A DNA stretch of 48,815 nt, taken from the NCBI GenBank assembly GCA_038999215.1, contig JAWABM010000002.1:1-48815 (forward strand), in the 5' to 3' direction. The notes under the pieces are model-generated. The model did not search any database, was not told the DNA's origin, and saw only the letters and a program-made list of their open reading frames with translations. Both the position numbers and the translations under genes were made by a program. This DNA comes from Candidatus Aenigmatarchaeota archaeon (GTDB lineage: Archaea; Aenigmatarchaeota; Aenigmatarchaeia; Aenigmatarchaeales; JACQIB01). Below, piece after piece: positions 17,066 to 25,743 of the stretch; position 1 is the first letter of the stretch; each line of letters opens with the position of its first letter.

Positions 17066-18302
17066 GGTCCTCAAGCGCTTCGGGCAGCGACAGAGGATTT
17101 TTTTCCGTCTTTATCTTTTCGTACGTCTCTTTGCTGATGCAATTCATGAGCGGTAGCCCCAGCTTCTTGCAGGCAGCCTCGAGCGCCTTGAATGATTCGC
17201 TGTCCGGCTTGAAATAGGAACATATCTTCTTGTAGTGCTTCCCATGCTCTTCGAGGAAGCGCTCAATGCGCGCCTGCGTGACCTCGATATAGCGCTTCTT
17301 TATCTCCGGCGTTTCCTCCCATTCAGGCCAGTCGTAGGCATTGAACGGGTATTTGCCCGCGAATTCATAGGGAATGACGCCCGGAGAACTTATCGCTACC
17401 CAGTGCAGGCGCGGATTGGTTGCTACAGATGCGATTGCTTTGTGCAGCTTTGATTTGAAGTACGGCTTCCTGAAAGCGCAGGGCACGAAGAACAGCGCGT
17501 CCTTGTCTTTCGGCGGCTCGTACAGCCGCACAATATAGTCCTGCCAAACCTCGTAGTAGGGATGCGTCAGCTGCGCTTCTGTCGCCCCGAGTATCGCCGG
17601 CTTCTCGTGGAAGTTCGGTATGAACGCGAAATTGTTCGATTCCTTTTCGCAGTCCTCGTACGGCGCGGTGAGCTTGGAGAATTCCCTGTTGGACAGGGGC
17701 TTCCATTCCCCCGCGATCCACATGTTGTAGAGCGGCGCTTTCGAATGCGGGAAAACGTTTATCAGGACGATGCTATCCGAATGCTCGCGTGCGAATTCCA
17801 CAGATTTCTTTAGGCTCGCTGACTGGTCCCCCACGAACGGCAGTCCGACCATCAGGTAGGTCCGCACCCCGCAGCCGTTCTTGTGCAGCGTTTCTGCCGC
17901 CCGCACGTAGTCTTCGGTAGTGAATCCCTTGTTGTACCTCTTCAAAACGGCATCGTCCGCGCACTCGAGCCCGATGGCGACGATCGTCTTTATTCCGCGA
18001 AAGTCCGCGAGATTCTCGTCCGTTATGAACTCCGGTCTGCTTTCAATTATCAGTTCCTTTACTCCGGCTGCCGCCGCGCGCATTGCCAGGTACTTGCGTA
18101 TGCTTCGCGGGAATTGCTTGTCGTCGAGGAGCGATCCGCTCGCGAACACCTTCAGGCGCTCGGCATGCGTCACTTCCTTGTCTATCACTGCCTTGAGCTG
18201 GTGCATGTTGGGAGCCGGCCCAACGAGCCTGCCCCATCCGCAGCCGAAGCACTCGCCCCAGGCGCACCTCCCGCTCTTCAATATTATGATTTTCTCGTTC
18301 AT
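17034..18302 (-). CDS. radical-SAM RaSEA-like domain fused to ArcS-type (PCx3KPY, DUF5591-like) domain; archaeosine biosynthesis
   Basis: The N-terminus has a Cys cluster GRCAWGECFGCGWG and TIM-barrel-like radical-SAM segments (IIESRPEF, AIGLECADD). The C-terminal third has FFVPCAFRKPYFKS (the PC-x3-KPY motif reported for ArcS) and ISSPGVIPYEF. A TATA box TTTATAAA at 18324-18331 lies about 25 nt upstream of the ATG. Confidence 0.65.
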   Translation of the reverse strand: MNEKIIILKSGRCAWGECFGCGWGRLVGPAPNMHQLKAVIDKEVTHAERLKVFASGSLLDDKQFPRSIRKYLAMRAAAAGVKELIIESRPEFITDENLADFRGIKTIVAIGLECADDAVLKRYNKGFTTEDYVRAAETLHKNGCGVRTYLMVGLPFVGDQSASLKKSVEFAREHSDSIVLINVFPHSKAPLYNMWIAGEWKPLSNREFSKLTAPYEDCEKESNNFAFIPNFHEKPAILGATEAQLTHPYYEVWQDYIVRLYEPPKDKDALFFVPCAFRKPYFKSKLHKAIASVATNPRLHWVAISSPGVIPYEFAGKYPFNAYDWPEWEETPEIKKRYIEVTQARIERFLEEHGKHYKKICSYFKPDSESFKALEAACKKLGLPLMNCISKETYEKIKTEKNPLSLPEALEDLKRAISRLFV

Positions 18303-18323
18303 AACCGATTTTTGCTGGGAAAG

Positions 18324-18331
18324 TTTATAAA
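18324..18331 (-). promoter_or_regulatory. TATA box for the RaSEA/ArcS-like gene (leaderless geometry)
   Basis: TTTATAAA is centred about 25 nt upstream of ATG 18302. Confidence 0.45.
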
Positions 18332-18401
18332 TGACTTCCTCTATTTTTCTCGTTTTGCCTAGATGTTAGTTTTATATTTATGCTTACTCATAACAGGACG
18401 C

Positions 18402-19010
18402 ATGGCTTCGAAGGGGCAGGAGATGGAGCTTTACGGCGAGGAGGTGCAGGCCAGCGTTTCCTTCACGTCCTTCATGACTGCCGTCTCCATGTTCTTCGTC
18501 GGCCTGATACTCACGCGCTACGAGACCTTCGAGGCGACCATAAGGATACCCGTGCTTTTCCTGATAGTCAGCACGTTCGGCTTCCTCTACTCCACGTTGG
18601 TTTATTCCAATGCCTCCGACCCGATAACGAGGATGGATCGCAAAAGGACCAGGGAATACATGTTTATCGGCGACGTCATTTCCGAGTACGTCGGGGTCTA
18701 CATGCTGATATTCTCGCTCCCGCTCACGATCACGGCGATAACCAAGGACGCCTTCCTGCAGTTCGCGGTTCTGGCCGCGTCCATCATGGGCCTGGTGTTG
18801 TATTCCTTCTCCAGGTATTCCATCATCTACAGGCAGATAGGAAGCGTTCCCAGGGAGCTGTTTGTTGTGGTCATGTGCGCGTTCGAGGCCGTGCTCTTCT
18901 TTGCCCAGGCCGGTTCGCTGCCGTTCTTCACCGAGCTGTCCATAGCGTTCCTCGCTCTCATAATGCTCTTCAGCTACGACATGTCAAGGTACAAGGAAAG
19001 GCGCGTCTGA
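18402..19010 (+). CDS. integral membrane protein, unknown function
   Basis: Five to six predicted TM helices. Start chosen at ATG 18402 (MASKGQEMELYGEE), about 25 nt downstream of the AT-rich TTTTATATTTAT. The track ORF starts at 18363. Confidence 0.55.
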   Translation: MASKGQEMELYGEEVQASVSFTSFMTAVSMFFVGLILTRYETFEATIRIPVLFLIVSTFGFLYSTLVYSNASDPITRMDRKRTREYMFIGDVISEYVGVYMLIFSLPLTITAITKDAFLQFAVLAASIMGLVLYSFSRYSIIYRQIGSVPRELFVVVMCAFEAVLFFAQAGSLPFFTELSIAFLALIMLFSYDMSRYKERRV

Positions 19011-19016
19011 ACAGCC

Positions 19017-19026
19017 TTTTTATTTT
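19017..19026 (+). terminator. oligo-T tract after the membrane-protein gene
   Basis: TTTTTATTTT lies directly downstream of the stop at 19010. Confidence 0.35.
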
Positions 19027-19047
19027 CTCCGGCACCTTATTTGTCCT

Positions 19048-20733
19048 ATGCTCGAGCTCATCGACCGCGATGCTGCCGGCCGCATATGCAGGTGGGCCAT
19101 AAGCAGGCATTCCATAACCACGCCGAACATCTGCGTGGTCGTCAATCCGAACAGGCTGACCGTTCCCCCGGAGGAGCTGAAGCGGGAATTTGGGGCCGAA
19201 ATCATCATAACAAACTCCTATATTATAAGGAGGTCCGACAGGCTAAGGCCCCTGGCAGAAGCGGGCCTCCATCAGATGCTGGGTTGGGGCGGACCCGTTT
19301 ACACCGACAGCGGCACGTTCCAGATGTATTCCCAAGGAAACGTGGACGTCAATCCGGACGAGATAATAGGCTTCCAGAAGAAGATAGGCTCGGACATAAT
19401 CACTCCCCTTGATATGTTCACCCGGCCGGACGACAATTTGAAGATGGCCAAAGCCAATCTGGCCGAGACAGTGAGGCGCGTAAAGGCCGCCCGCGGCGAG
19501 GTGAAGGACAGGCTTCTCGTCGGCCCGATACAGGGCGGCCGCTTCCTCGACCTGCGCAGGAAGGCCTGCAAGGAGGTCGCGAAGCTCAGCCCGGACGTGT
19601 TCGCGATAGGCGGCATAGTCCCGCTGATGGAGCAGTACCGCTTCGCGGAGCTCGCGGACATAGTGCTCGCATGCAAGGCCGAGCTCCCTGCGCACGCGCC
19701 TGTGCACGCCTTCGGTGCAGGCCATCCCATGGTTTTCGCCTTGCTAGCGGCCTTCGGCTGCGACCTTTTCGATAGCGCCATGTACAGCCTGGCAGCCGAC
19801 CGCGGCGCCTACCTCACGGTCAGCGGCACGCGCCAGCTCTCCGATATTTCCGAGTTCCCCTGCTCCTGCCCGCTCTGCTCTAAGCACGAGCCGAAAGGCG
19901 TGCTCGGCCTGCCTGAGCAGGAGAGGAAGGCCTGGCTTGCCAGGCACAATCTTTACGTCACCTTCGAGGAGCTGCGCACCGTGCGCCAAGCCATCCGCGA
20001 GAACAGCCTGTGGGAGCTTGTCCAGGAGCGCAGCCGGGCGCATCCGGCGCTCCTGGAAGCGTTGGCGCACGCGCTCAAGGCCCATTCAAAACTGCTTTTG
20101 GAAAAGGACCTGTTCTCGAAAAGGTCCGCCCTGATGTGGTCCGGCCCGGAGACTGCTGTGCGGCCCGAGGTCGTCCGCGCTAAACAGCTGCTCAGGCGCG
20201 TCCGCGCGAAGAACGCCGTGGCAAAGGAGCCTTTCGGTCGCGTGCCCGCTGCGCTCATGCACGTCTATCCCTTCGGCCAGTCGGTAATGCCGGCTGCTCC
20301 GAAATTCAGGCCTGCCAAGCCTGAGGACGTTGTCAGGTCTGTCGTGCGCTATCAGTACGGTTCGGATCTCAAGGCGAAGAGCATAAGCGTCGAAGTCTCA
20401 AGAAAGACCGGGATGGTGAGACGGGTCTGGCAGAAAAAGAAGCTGCTCGGTACCGTGAGGCCTCATGACGGCCTCTTCCTTCCGACAATGGAAGGCGCCA
20501 AGCTTTTGAAGATGAAGAAGGTGCTCATAGATGACCCTGAAGTGGCGAAGTACGTGCGGGAAGGCAGGAGCGTTTTCGCGAAGTTCGTCTCGAAGGCCGA
20601 TGACATAGTTCCGGGAGAGGAGGTGGCAGTGTTCCACGGCAGGGAGCTTATTGCGGTGGGTTCGGCTTTGCTTTCAGGCAAAGAGATGAAAGAGATGAGG
20701 CGCGGCACTGCCGTCAGCGTGCGCGCTTCCTAG
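19048..20733 (+). CDS. tgtA: archaeosine tRNA-guanine transglycosylase (ArcTGT) with C-terminal PUA domain
   Basis: TIM-barrel TGT motifs (ITNSYII, YTDSGTFQM, AIGGIVP), the Zn site FPCSCPLCSKHEP, and a C-terminal PUA-like segment (VAKYVREGRSVFAKFV...GEEVAVFH...LIAVGSALLSGKEM); 561 aa. Confidence 0.9.
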   Translation: MLELIDRDAAGRICRWAISRHSITTPNICVVVNPNRLTVPPEELKREFGAEIIITNSYIIRRSDRLRPLAEAGLHQMLGWGGPVYTDSGTFQMYSQGNVDVNPDEIIGFQKKIGSDIITPLDMFTRPDDNLKMAKANLAETVRRVKAARGEVKDRLLVGPIQGGRFLDLRRKACKEVAKLSPDVFAIGGIVPLMEQYRFAELADIVLACKAELPAHAPVHAFGAGHPMVFALLAAFGCDLFDSAMYSLAADRGAYLTVSGTRQLSDISEFPCSCPLCSKHEPKGVLGLPEQERKAWLARHNLYVTFEELRTVRQAIRENSLWELVQERSRAHPALLEALAHALKAHSKLLLEKDLFSKRSALMWSGPETAVRPEVVRAKQLLRRVRAKNAVAKEPFGRVPAALMHVYPFGQSVMPAAPKFRPAKPEDVVRSVVRYQYGSDLKAKSISVEVSRKTGMVRRVWQKKKLLGTVRPHDGLFLPTMEGAKLLKMKKVLIDDPEVAKYVREGRSVFAKFVSKADDIVPGEEVAVFHGRELIAVGSALLSGKEMKEMRRGTAVSVRAS

Positions 20734-23700
20734 CCTTCTTTGCTTTCTTTTTGGTCTTCTTTTTCGGCTTGCCGCGCGTCACGTAGAACACGAGCGCGCA
20801 TGCCGCTATTGCGGCCGATGCCAGCGTGCCCGTCGCAGGCATTATGAAGTAGCCTGTCGGGCTATCGGTGGCCGTTTCTTCTGTTTCTAATGCGATGGCG
20901 AAGTAGCTGAAGCCCGGTGTGGTCGCTATGTAATAGGTCTTTTCTCCGTCGCTGCTTTCCTTCTTTGTAGGCAGTGATGCCCAGTAACCGTCATGCCAGC
21001 GCTTGAGCGTTATCTTGCCGGGGTCGTAATTGTTCGTGGCCAGCCAACCGTTGTCGATTGCGAATCTTATTGACGCCTCTGCTATTTCTTCGTCCGTGGC
21101 GCTGTTGTCAATCTGCATGTATTGGTATACCGTTCCGTGGAGTTCGTCTGTCTCAGACGGCCTTTCAGGCAAGTGTTTTATGTGTATTTTCATGTCCTGC
21201 AAGTCCTTCGCCGGGGTTATCAGTATCTGCACGACAGACGTCTTTTCGGCGTTTATTTCCTCCGTTTCGCCTTTTTTGCAGCCGCCCTTGCATGCCTCTT
21301 TCTTTTCCTCGTAATAAAAGGTGGTCGGGCAGTCGTCTTGGTTGATGGCGCCGTCGCCGTTCGTGTCCGTTACGGGTATTACGTCCCCGGCGTGATGGGA
21401 GTGGTCGTTCTTTCCGTTCCCGTCCGCTGCGTTCTCGCTCACGCAAAGGAAATTATAGGGATTTGTTTCCGATGAGGTTGCATGGCATATAGGTATCTTG
21501 TCCTTGCCGCAGCCGCTTTTGTTTTCCTCCTTTTTGGTCTCGTTAGCGGAGGTATTGCCGCTCCTGAAGTCGTCCTCATTGTATTTTTTTCTCTCCGTAT
21601 CGTTAGCCGGCGGTCCTCTGAGCGTCAGCGGCAGCCAGTCCCTCCATTTCGGAACCTCGGTGTCGCCGATTCCGTCGCTGTCAATGTCATATCCGCTGTA
21701 ATCGTGCCAGTAATTGCCCGCTATGAATTTGCCGCCAAGTATGTTCGTTCCGCCGGCCTTAGTGACGTTCCACTGGTTGTTCAGCTGCAGGTGCGTGGCG
21801 TTGCACTGGAAGACCACGTCCTCCGCGTTGTCGAAGTAGTTGTCCCATATGACGTTGTCTACGGTGTCGTTGCTCTTGAACAGGAGGCCTATTTTCCCTC
21901 CGACGAACCTGTTGCGCGTCACGTTGTTCCTCATCGTCGCTATCGATCCTCCGAGCTTGAGGCCCCTTGAGCAGTCGAAGCTGTTTCCGCTTATGCTGTT
22001 TTCGTTGCCCTCTATGTGCACGCATTCGTCGTCTCCCGCCTTGTTAACGGAATATATCTTGTTGTCGGCCACAACAGACCCTCTGGTTCCGGACGTGAAG
22101 AAGGCCAGGTCTATGCCGGTCGCGCCCGTGAAGTTGATTGCGTTGCCGATTATTTTGACGCTTGGCGCAGGATTGGTCTGCGATTGTGAATATATCGTGC
22201 CGTTGATTATCGTGCTGTCCCTGAGCGTGTTGTTGTTCTGGTAGCCCCACGGGAAATAGAAGTCCCCTGTTATGCGGCTGCCCTTAACGACATTGTCGGC
22301 TCCGGAAAGTTTGAAACCTGCGTTGGCCGTTATGTCCCGCAGCTCGTTCCTTCCGCCGTATACCTCTGGCGCAGCAGTGCCGAACGTCAGGTTCCAGGCA
22401 GTGCTTTCGTTCGTCTGGAACTTCAGGGATTTAAGCGTCATGTCGTGGGCGCTGTTGTAAAGTCCGCCCTCGATAATGAGGCCGTCGAGCTCGTTGCCTG
22501 CGATGTCCGCGTTTGACGTGCTGCCAAGATATATTGTGGTAAGTCTGTTGTTCAGTATCTTCGCCGACTGCGAGCTGTTTATGCTCAGGCCGTCCATCGT
22601 GTTGCCTGTTATTGTTGCGTCCGAACCGATAATGCCGACGGCGCAGTTCGTGAACGTGCTGCCGGTCAGTTCGGTGATGTCCGATCGCATGTTCAGCGAG
22701 CAATCGTTCATCTCCGAGTTTCTCACCCTTATTATGGTCTTTCCTTCGGAGCTGAGGCTCCAAGAGCTTGATTGCGCATAGACGTTCGAGTCCTCTATGT
22801 AGAGCTTGCCGTATTCCTTCACTGTCACCGTCCCGAAGGTGACGTTGCAGTTTGTGAAGTTGTAGGTCCTTCCGGCCTCCACGGTCAGCGTGCCGAATGT
22901 CTGGTTGCAGTTCTCGTAAGTATAGGGCGGAAGCACAAGCGGCAGGTAGTCATTGTGGTGCGGCAGGTTGGTGTCTCCTATCCCGTCCCCGTCAAGGTCC
23001 TCGCCGACATAGTCCCACCACCAGTTCCCCCCGAGCCAGCTGCCGCCGATTATGTTCGTCGCAAGCGTCTTGGTGATGTTGAAGATGTTGCTCGCGTCTA
23101 TGCCGGACCCTATGACATAAAAATAGTTGTCCCAGAACAGGTTGCCCGAGGATCCGTACTGGAGTTTCATCGCGAGGTTGACGTCGGTGAAGTTGTTGGA
23201 GCTTATGTTGTTGCCGTCCGAATTGGATATCTCCATGGCGACGTAGGTCTTTCCAGTGTCGGTCCCGCCGAACACGTTGTTCCTTACCACGTTGTTGTCC
23301 GAGGGCCCATGGAACTTGATGCCGACATACCTGCAATGCAGTTCGTTGTTTTCTATTCTGTTGTTGTGGCCGTAGAGGTAGATGCAGTATGAGTCGCCCG
23401 ATGCGGTGGCATTTATCTTGTTGCCGGTTATCTCTGCATAGGCCAGCGGCTTTATCGTTGCCACGCCTATGGCGCTCGCCAGGTGCGATGTCATGGTTAT
23501 GGTGTTGTTGATGAGCCTGAACCAGGGCGCGTCGCCTGCGTGCTGCGAGGCGACGCTTACAGCGCCGTTTATCGTGTTTTCAATGATAGTGTTGTTCTCG
23601 TTGTAGCCTATCGCGAGGCTGAGCCCGCTCATGGTGTTGTTCTGTATCCAGGCGTGGCCGCCCGTGAGCTTCAGCCCGCCGAGAACGCTGTTCAACAGCG

Positions 23701-24022
23701 TGCTGGAGTTGCCGCTGAACCAGACGTCCGATGAGTATCCGCTGACGTTGCAATTCTTCACGTTCGTGCGGTCCTTGCCCGAAACTATCCCATAACCTGT
23801 TCCATTCCCGACTATCTGCGCCCATCCGCAGTCCAGCGACACATCGCTCGCGTTTATTATTATGGCGCCGTCGCCGTTCGCATCGGTCACGTAGCACGGC
23901 GTCTCGTTGGCAGAAAGCGTCGTATCGGAAGTTATCGCGGTATCATCAGTGATGTTGCAAGCGCCCAGCACCATGCCTGGGAGCAGGAACAGTACGATTG
24001 TAAAAATTACCCCCCATTTCAT
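20714..24022 (-). CDS. large secreted/surface-anchored protein: signal peptide, two right-handed beta-helix (PbH1/NosD-like) modules, Cys/His-rich linker, PGF-pre-PGF-like domain, C-terminal TM anchor with poly-Lys/Arg tail
   Basis: Start set at ATG 24022 (MKWGVIFTIVLFLLPGMVLGA). The two modules end in GGNWWWDYVGEDLDGDGIGDTNLPHHNDYLPL and AGNYWHDYSGYDIDSDGIGDTEVPKWRDWLPL. Very many N-x-S/T sequons. Near the C-terminus: TYYIATTPGFSYFAIA, then ASAAIAACALVFYV and KPKKKTKKKAKKARKRAR. Confidence 0.85.
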   Translation of the reverse strand: MKWGVIFTIVLFLLPGMVLGACNITDDTAITSDTTLSANETPCYVTDANGDGAIIINASDVSLDCGWAQIVGNGTGYGIVSGKDRTNVKNCNVSGYSSDVWFSGNSSTLLNSVLGGLKLTGGHAWIQNNTMSGLSLAIGYNENNTIIENTINGAVSVASQHAGDAPWFRLINNTITMTSHLASAIGVATIKPLAYAEITGNKINATASGDSYCIYLYGHNNRIENNELHCRYVGIKFHGPSDNNVVRNNVFGGTDTGKTYVAMEISNSDGNNISSNNFTDVNLAMKLQYGSSGNLFWDNYFYVIGSGIDASNIFNITKTLATNIIGGSWLGGNWWWDYVGEDLDGDGIGDTNLPHHNDYLPLVLPPYTYENCNQTFGTLTVEAGRTYNFTNCNVTFGTVTVKEYGKLYIEDSNVYAQSSSWSLSSEGKTIIRVRNSEMNDCSLNMRSDITELTGSTFTNCAVGIIGSDATITGNTMDGLSINSSQSAKILNNRLTTIYLGSTSNADIAGNELDGLIIEGGLYNSAHDMTLKSLKFQTNESTAWNLTFGTAAPEVYGGRNELRDITANAGFKLSGADNVVKGSRITGDFYFPWGYQNNNTLRDSTIINGTIYSQSQTNPAPSVKIIGNAINFTGATGIDLAFFTSGTRGSVVADNKIYSVNKAGDDECVHIEGNENSISGNSFDCSRGLKLGGSIATMRNNVTRNRFVGGKIGLLFKSNDTVDNVIWDNYFDNAEDVVFQCNATHLQLNNQWNVTKAGGTNILGGKFIAGNYWHDYSGYDIDSDGIGDTEVPKWRDWLPLTLRGPPANDTERKKYNEDDFRSGNTSANETKKEENKSGCGKDKIPICHATSSETNPYNFLCVSENAADGNGKNDHSHHAGDVIPVTDTNGDGAINQDDCPTTFYYEEKKEACKGGCKKGETEEINAEKTSVVQILITPAKDLQDMKIHIKHLPERPSETDELHGTVYQYMQIDNSATDEEIAEASIRFAIDNGWLATNNYDPGKITLKRWHDGYWASLPTKKESSDGEKTYYIATTPGFSYFAIALETEETATDSPTGYFIMPATGTLASAAIAACALVFYVTRGKPKKKTKKKAKKARKRAR

Positions 24023-24283
24023 ACAAATGTTTAGGTGGCGCGCATTTAAATACCTTTTCATTACAGCGAAGTAGCAACAAGCAACAATTGTCGATTTGTG
24101 CTTGCCGGCGAAGCCTATTTCGGGCTATAATGATTGCTGCGCTCGGAAAGAATTGAGGGCAGCCCCCCGGTGTTGAAAAGAGCTGTAATGCATCGATAAG
24201 AAAAGGTCTTTCCTGAGTGTGCATGGCAACCAAATCTCATATTCAGATAGCAAAATTGCGGTGAAATGCCTATAAGCAGCCTA

Positions 24284-24298
24284 TATAACACCGTTATA
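24284..24298. promoter_or_regulatory. 15-bp palindrome TATAAC-ACC-GTTATA (copy 3 of 4)
   Basis: Read directly from the sequence, in the 360-bp divergent region between the surface-protein gene and the wHTH gene at 24422. Confidence 0.6.
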
Positions 24299-24421
24299 CC
24301 TTCCTTTTCCGTGAGACTTTGGCCTTTGAAGGATGGCCCGAATCAGCCAGGAAACGCCGAATTCTGAGGAAAACAAGGAATTTAAGCTTGCGAACTCTTA
24401 ATATGTCACAGGCGTGGCATT

Positions 24422-24718
24422 ATGGTGAAAGAAATGCAGCCTGAGACAGTAAAAAAAATAGCCCGTGTGCTGACCCTGTTAAAGACGGCTGGTACCGAGA
24501 TCCATTTGCGCGGCATAGCCAAGAACTTGGGAATGGATCCAAAGACCGTTTCAAGGATAGTGGACAATTACCTTGCGCCTTTCGTCGATTCGCGGAACAT
24601 AGAGCTCTACGGCTTCAGGGCCAGATTGGTCAAGCTCAAAGACGACAAGCGCGGCGTTACCCTGAAGGATATCCTCAACTACGCCGAGGTAAGGAAAAAA
24701 ATCAGGCAGCCGGCATGA
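24422..24718 (+). CDS. small winged-helix DNA-binding protein
   Basis: 98 aa. The segment IHLRGIAKNLGMDPKTVSRIVDNYL reads as an HTH followed by a beta-wing (YGFRARLVKL). Confidence 0.55.
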   Translation: MVKEMQPETVKKIARVLTLLKTAGTEIHLRGIAKNLGMDPKTVSRIVDNYLAPFVDSRNIELYGFRARLVKLKDDKRGVTLKDILNYAEVRKKIRQPA

Positions 24719-25046
24719 TTTCTTCGGCTATTATTTCCTTCTCGTTCTCGTAGGTGGTGTACGTGCCTGTTACTGTTATGTTCGAGCCTTCCTTGGCTCC
24801 GTTGAGGCTTGTGCCCTTGAAAGCCACTACTCTTATGCTGCCTGTCCCGTCCGTCAGCGTCAGGAAGCTGTGCCCTTCATTTGTCGTATATAGGGAGATT
24901 ATTGTGCCATTCAGCGCCACGTTGTTGCCCAGATCTGCTGCCTTTAGCCCCCCTATGGTATACGTTACAGGCTCTTTGGGTGAGAATATGATTATTCCGG
25001 CCACGCCGAGCAGGGAACAAAGCAAGCAGGTCCTGAGCATGTTCAC
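24702..25046 (-). CDS. membrane-anchored OB-fold protein
   Basis: N-terminal TM/signal segment LLCSLLGVAGIIIF, followed by an OB-like barrel (VALNGTIISLYTTNEGHSFLTLTDGTGSIRVVAFKG...ITVTGTY). Start is GTG 25046 or ATG 25040. Its 3' end overlaps the wHTH gene by 17 nt. Confidence 0.55.
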   Translation of the reverse strand: MNMLRTCLLCSLLGVAGIIIFSPKEPVTYTIGGLKAADLGNNVALNGTIISLYTTNEGHSFLTLTDGTGSIRVVAFKGTSLNGAKEGSNITVTGTYTTYENEKEIIAEEIMPAA

Positions 25047-25053
25047 GTGATAT

Positions 25054-25608
25054 TCACCTTAGCTTCACGCTATGGATTTCGCTGTATATAGGCCCTTTGG
25101 GAGTCAGTTTGGATTCAAACAGCGTTATCTCTTCTACTTTGAATGAGCCTATGTCAATGCCTTTCAGTTCCCTTATGACGGATATGAGTTCTGGGCTGCA
25201 TCTGCCTTTCACCCTGGCCAGCGTTAGGTGCGGGGTGAAGCCCCTTTCGTCCTTGGTTATGCCAAGGCTTTCGAGCCCCATTTCAATGGATTCTGCTATT
25301 GCCGAGAGCGCCTGACCGCCTTTCTTCATGCCCAACCATATTGTCCTTATGAAGGTCGGTGACGGGAATGTTCCTATATCGGCTATATGGGCGTCGAATG
25401 CCTCGAACTGGCTGCATATGCTGTCCATGGCAGCTTTGAGCTTTGGCAGGCTGTTCAGCTCGTATTCGCCTATGAATTTGAGATTGAAATGCAGGTTTTC
25501 AGGCTCGACAAGCTTTATGTCATCGTCTGTGCTGTCAAGCCTGTCCTGTATTGAGGCTATTTTTGCCTTAAGGTCCTCCGGAATTTTGACAGCTATGAAC
25601 AGGCGCAT
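25054..25608 (-). CDS. thpR: RNA 2',3'-cyclic phosphodiesterase / 2'-5' RNA ligase family (2H phosphoesterase, ThpR/LigT)
   Basis: MRLFIAVKIP start. The first 2H motif reads HFNL (usually H-x-T/S-x) and the second is the canonical HLTLARV; 184 aa. Confidence 0.8.
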   Translation of the reverse strand: MRLFIAVKIPEDLKAKIASIQDRLDSTDDDIKLVEPENLHFNLKFIGEYELNSLPKLKAAMDSICSQFEAFDAHIADIGTFPSPTFIRTIWLGMKKGGQALSAIAESIEMGLESLGITKDERGFTPHLTLARVKGRCSPELISVIRELKGIDIGSFKVEEITLFESKLTPKGPIYSEIHSVKLR

Positions 25609-25646
25609 AGGATAATCTTATGTGTTTAGGGCCTTAAATAAGCGCT

Positions 25647-25661
25647 TATAACAGTGTTATA
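25647..25661. promoter_or_regulatory. 15-bp palindrome TATAAC-AGT-GTTATA (copy 4 of 4)
   Basis: Read directly from the sequence. It lies 39-53 nt upstream of the thpR ATG, just distal to a TATA-like TTATTTAA (minus strand, 25632-25642). Confidence 0.6.
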
Positions 25662-25743
25662 AGGACCGTTGGCAGCTGAGAGGCAAGAAAGTTCCATAAA
25701 ATCTTTTTTCCGTTTGCCAACCTTCATTCATCTTCACGTAATA

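Noticed and set aside
24122-24165. Possible C/D-box sRNA or other small RNA: GGGCT...AATGATTG...TTGA...AGCCC with terminal complementarity.
   Set aside because: The box sequences deviate from RUGAUGA/CUGA and no second box pair is evident. This cannot be supported from sequence alone.
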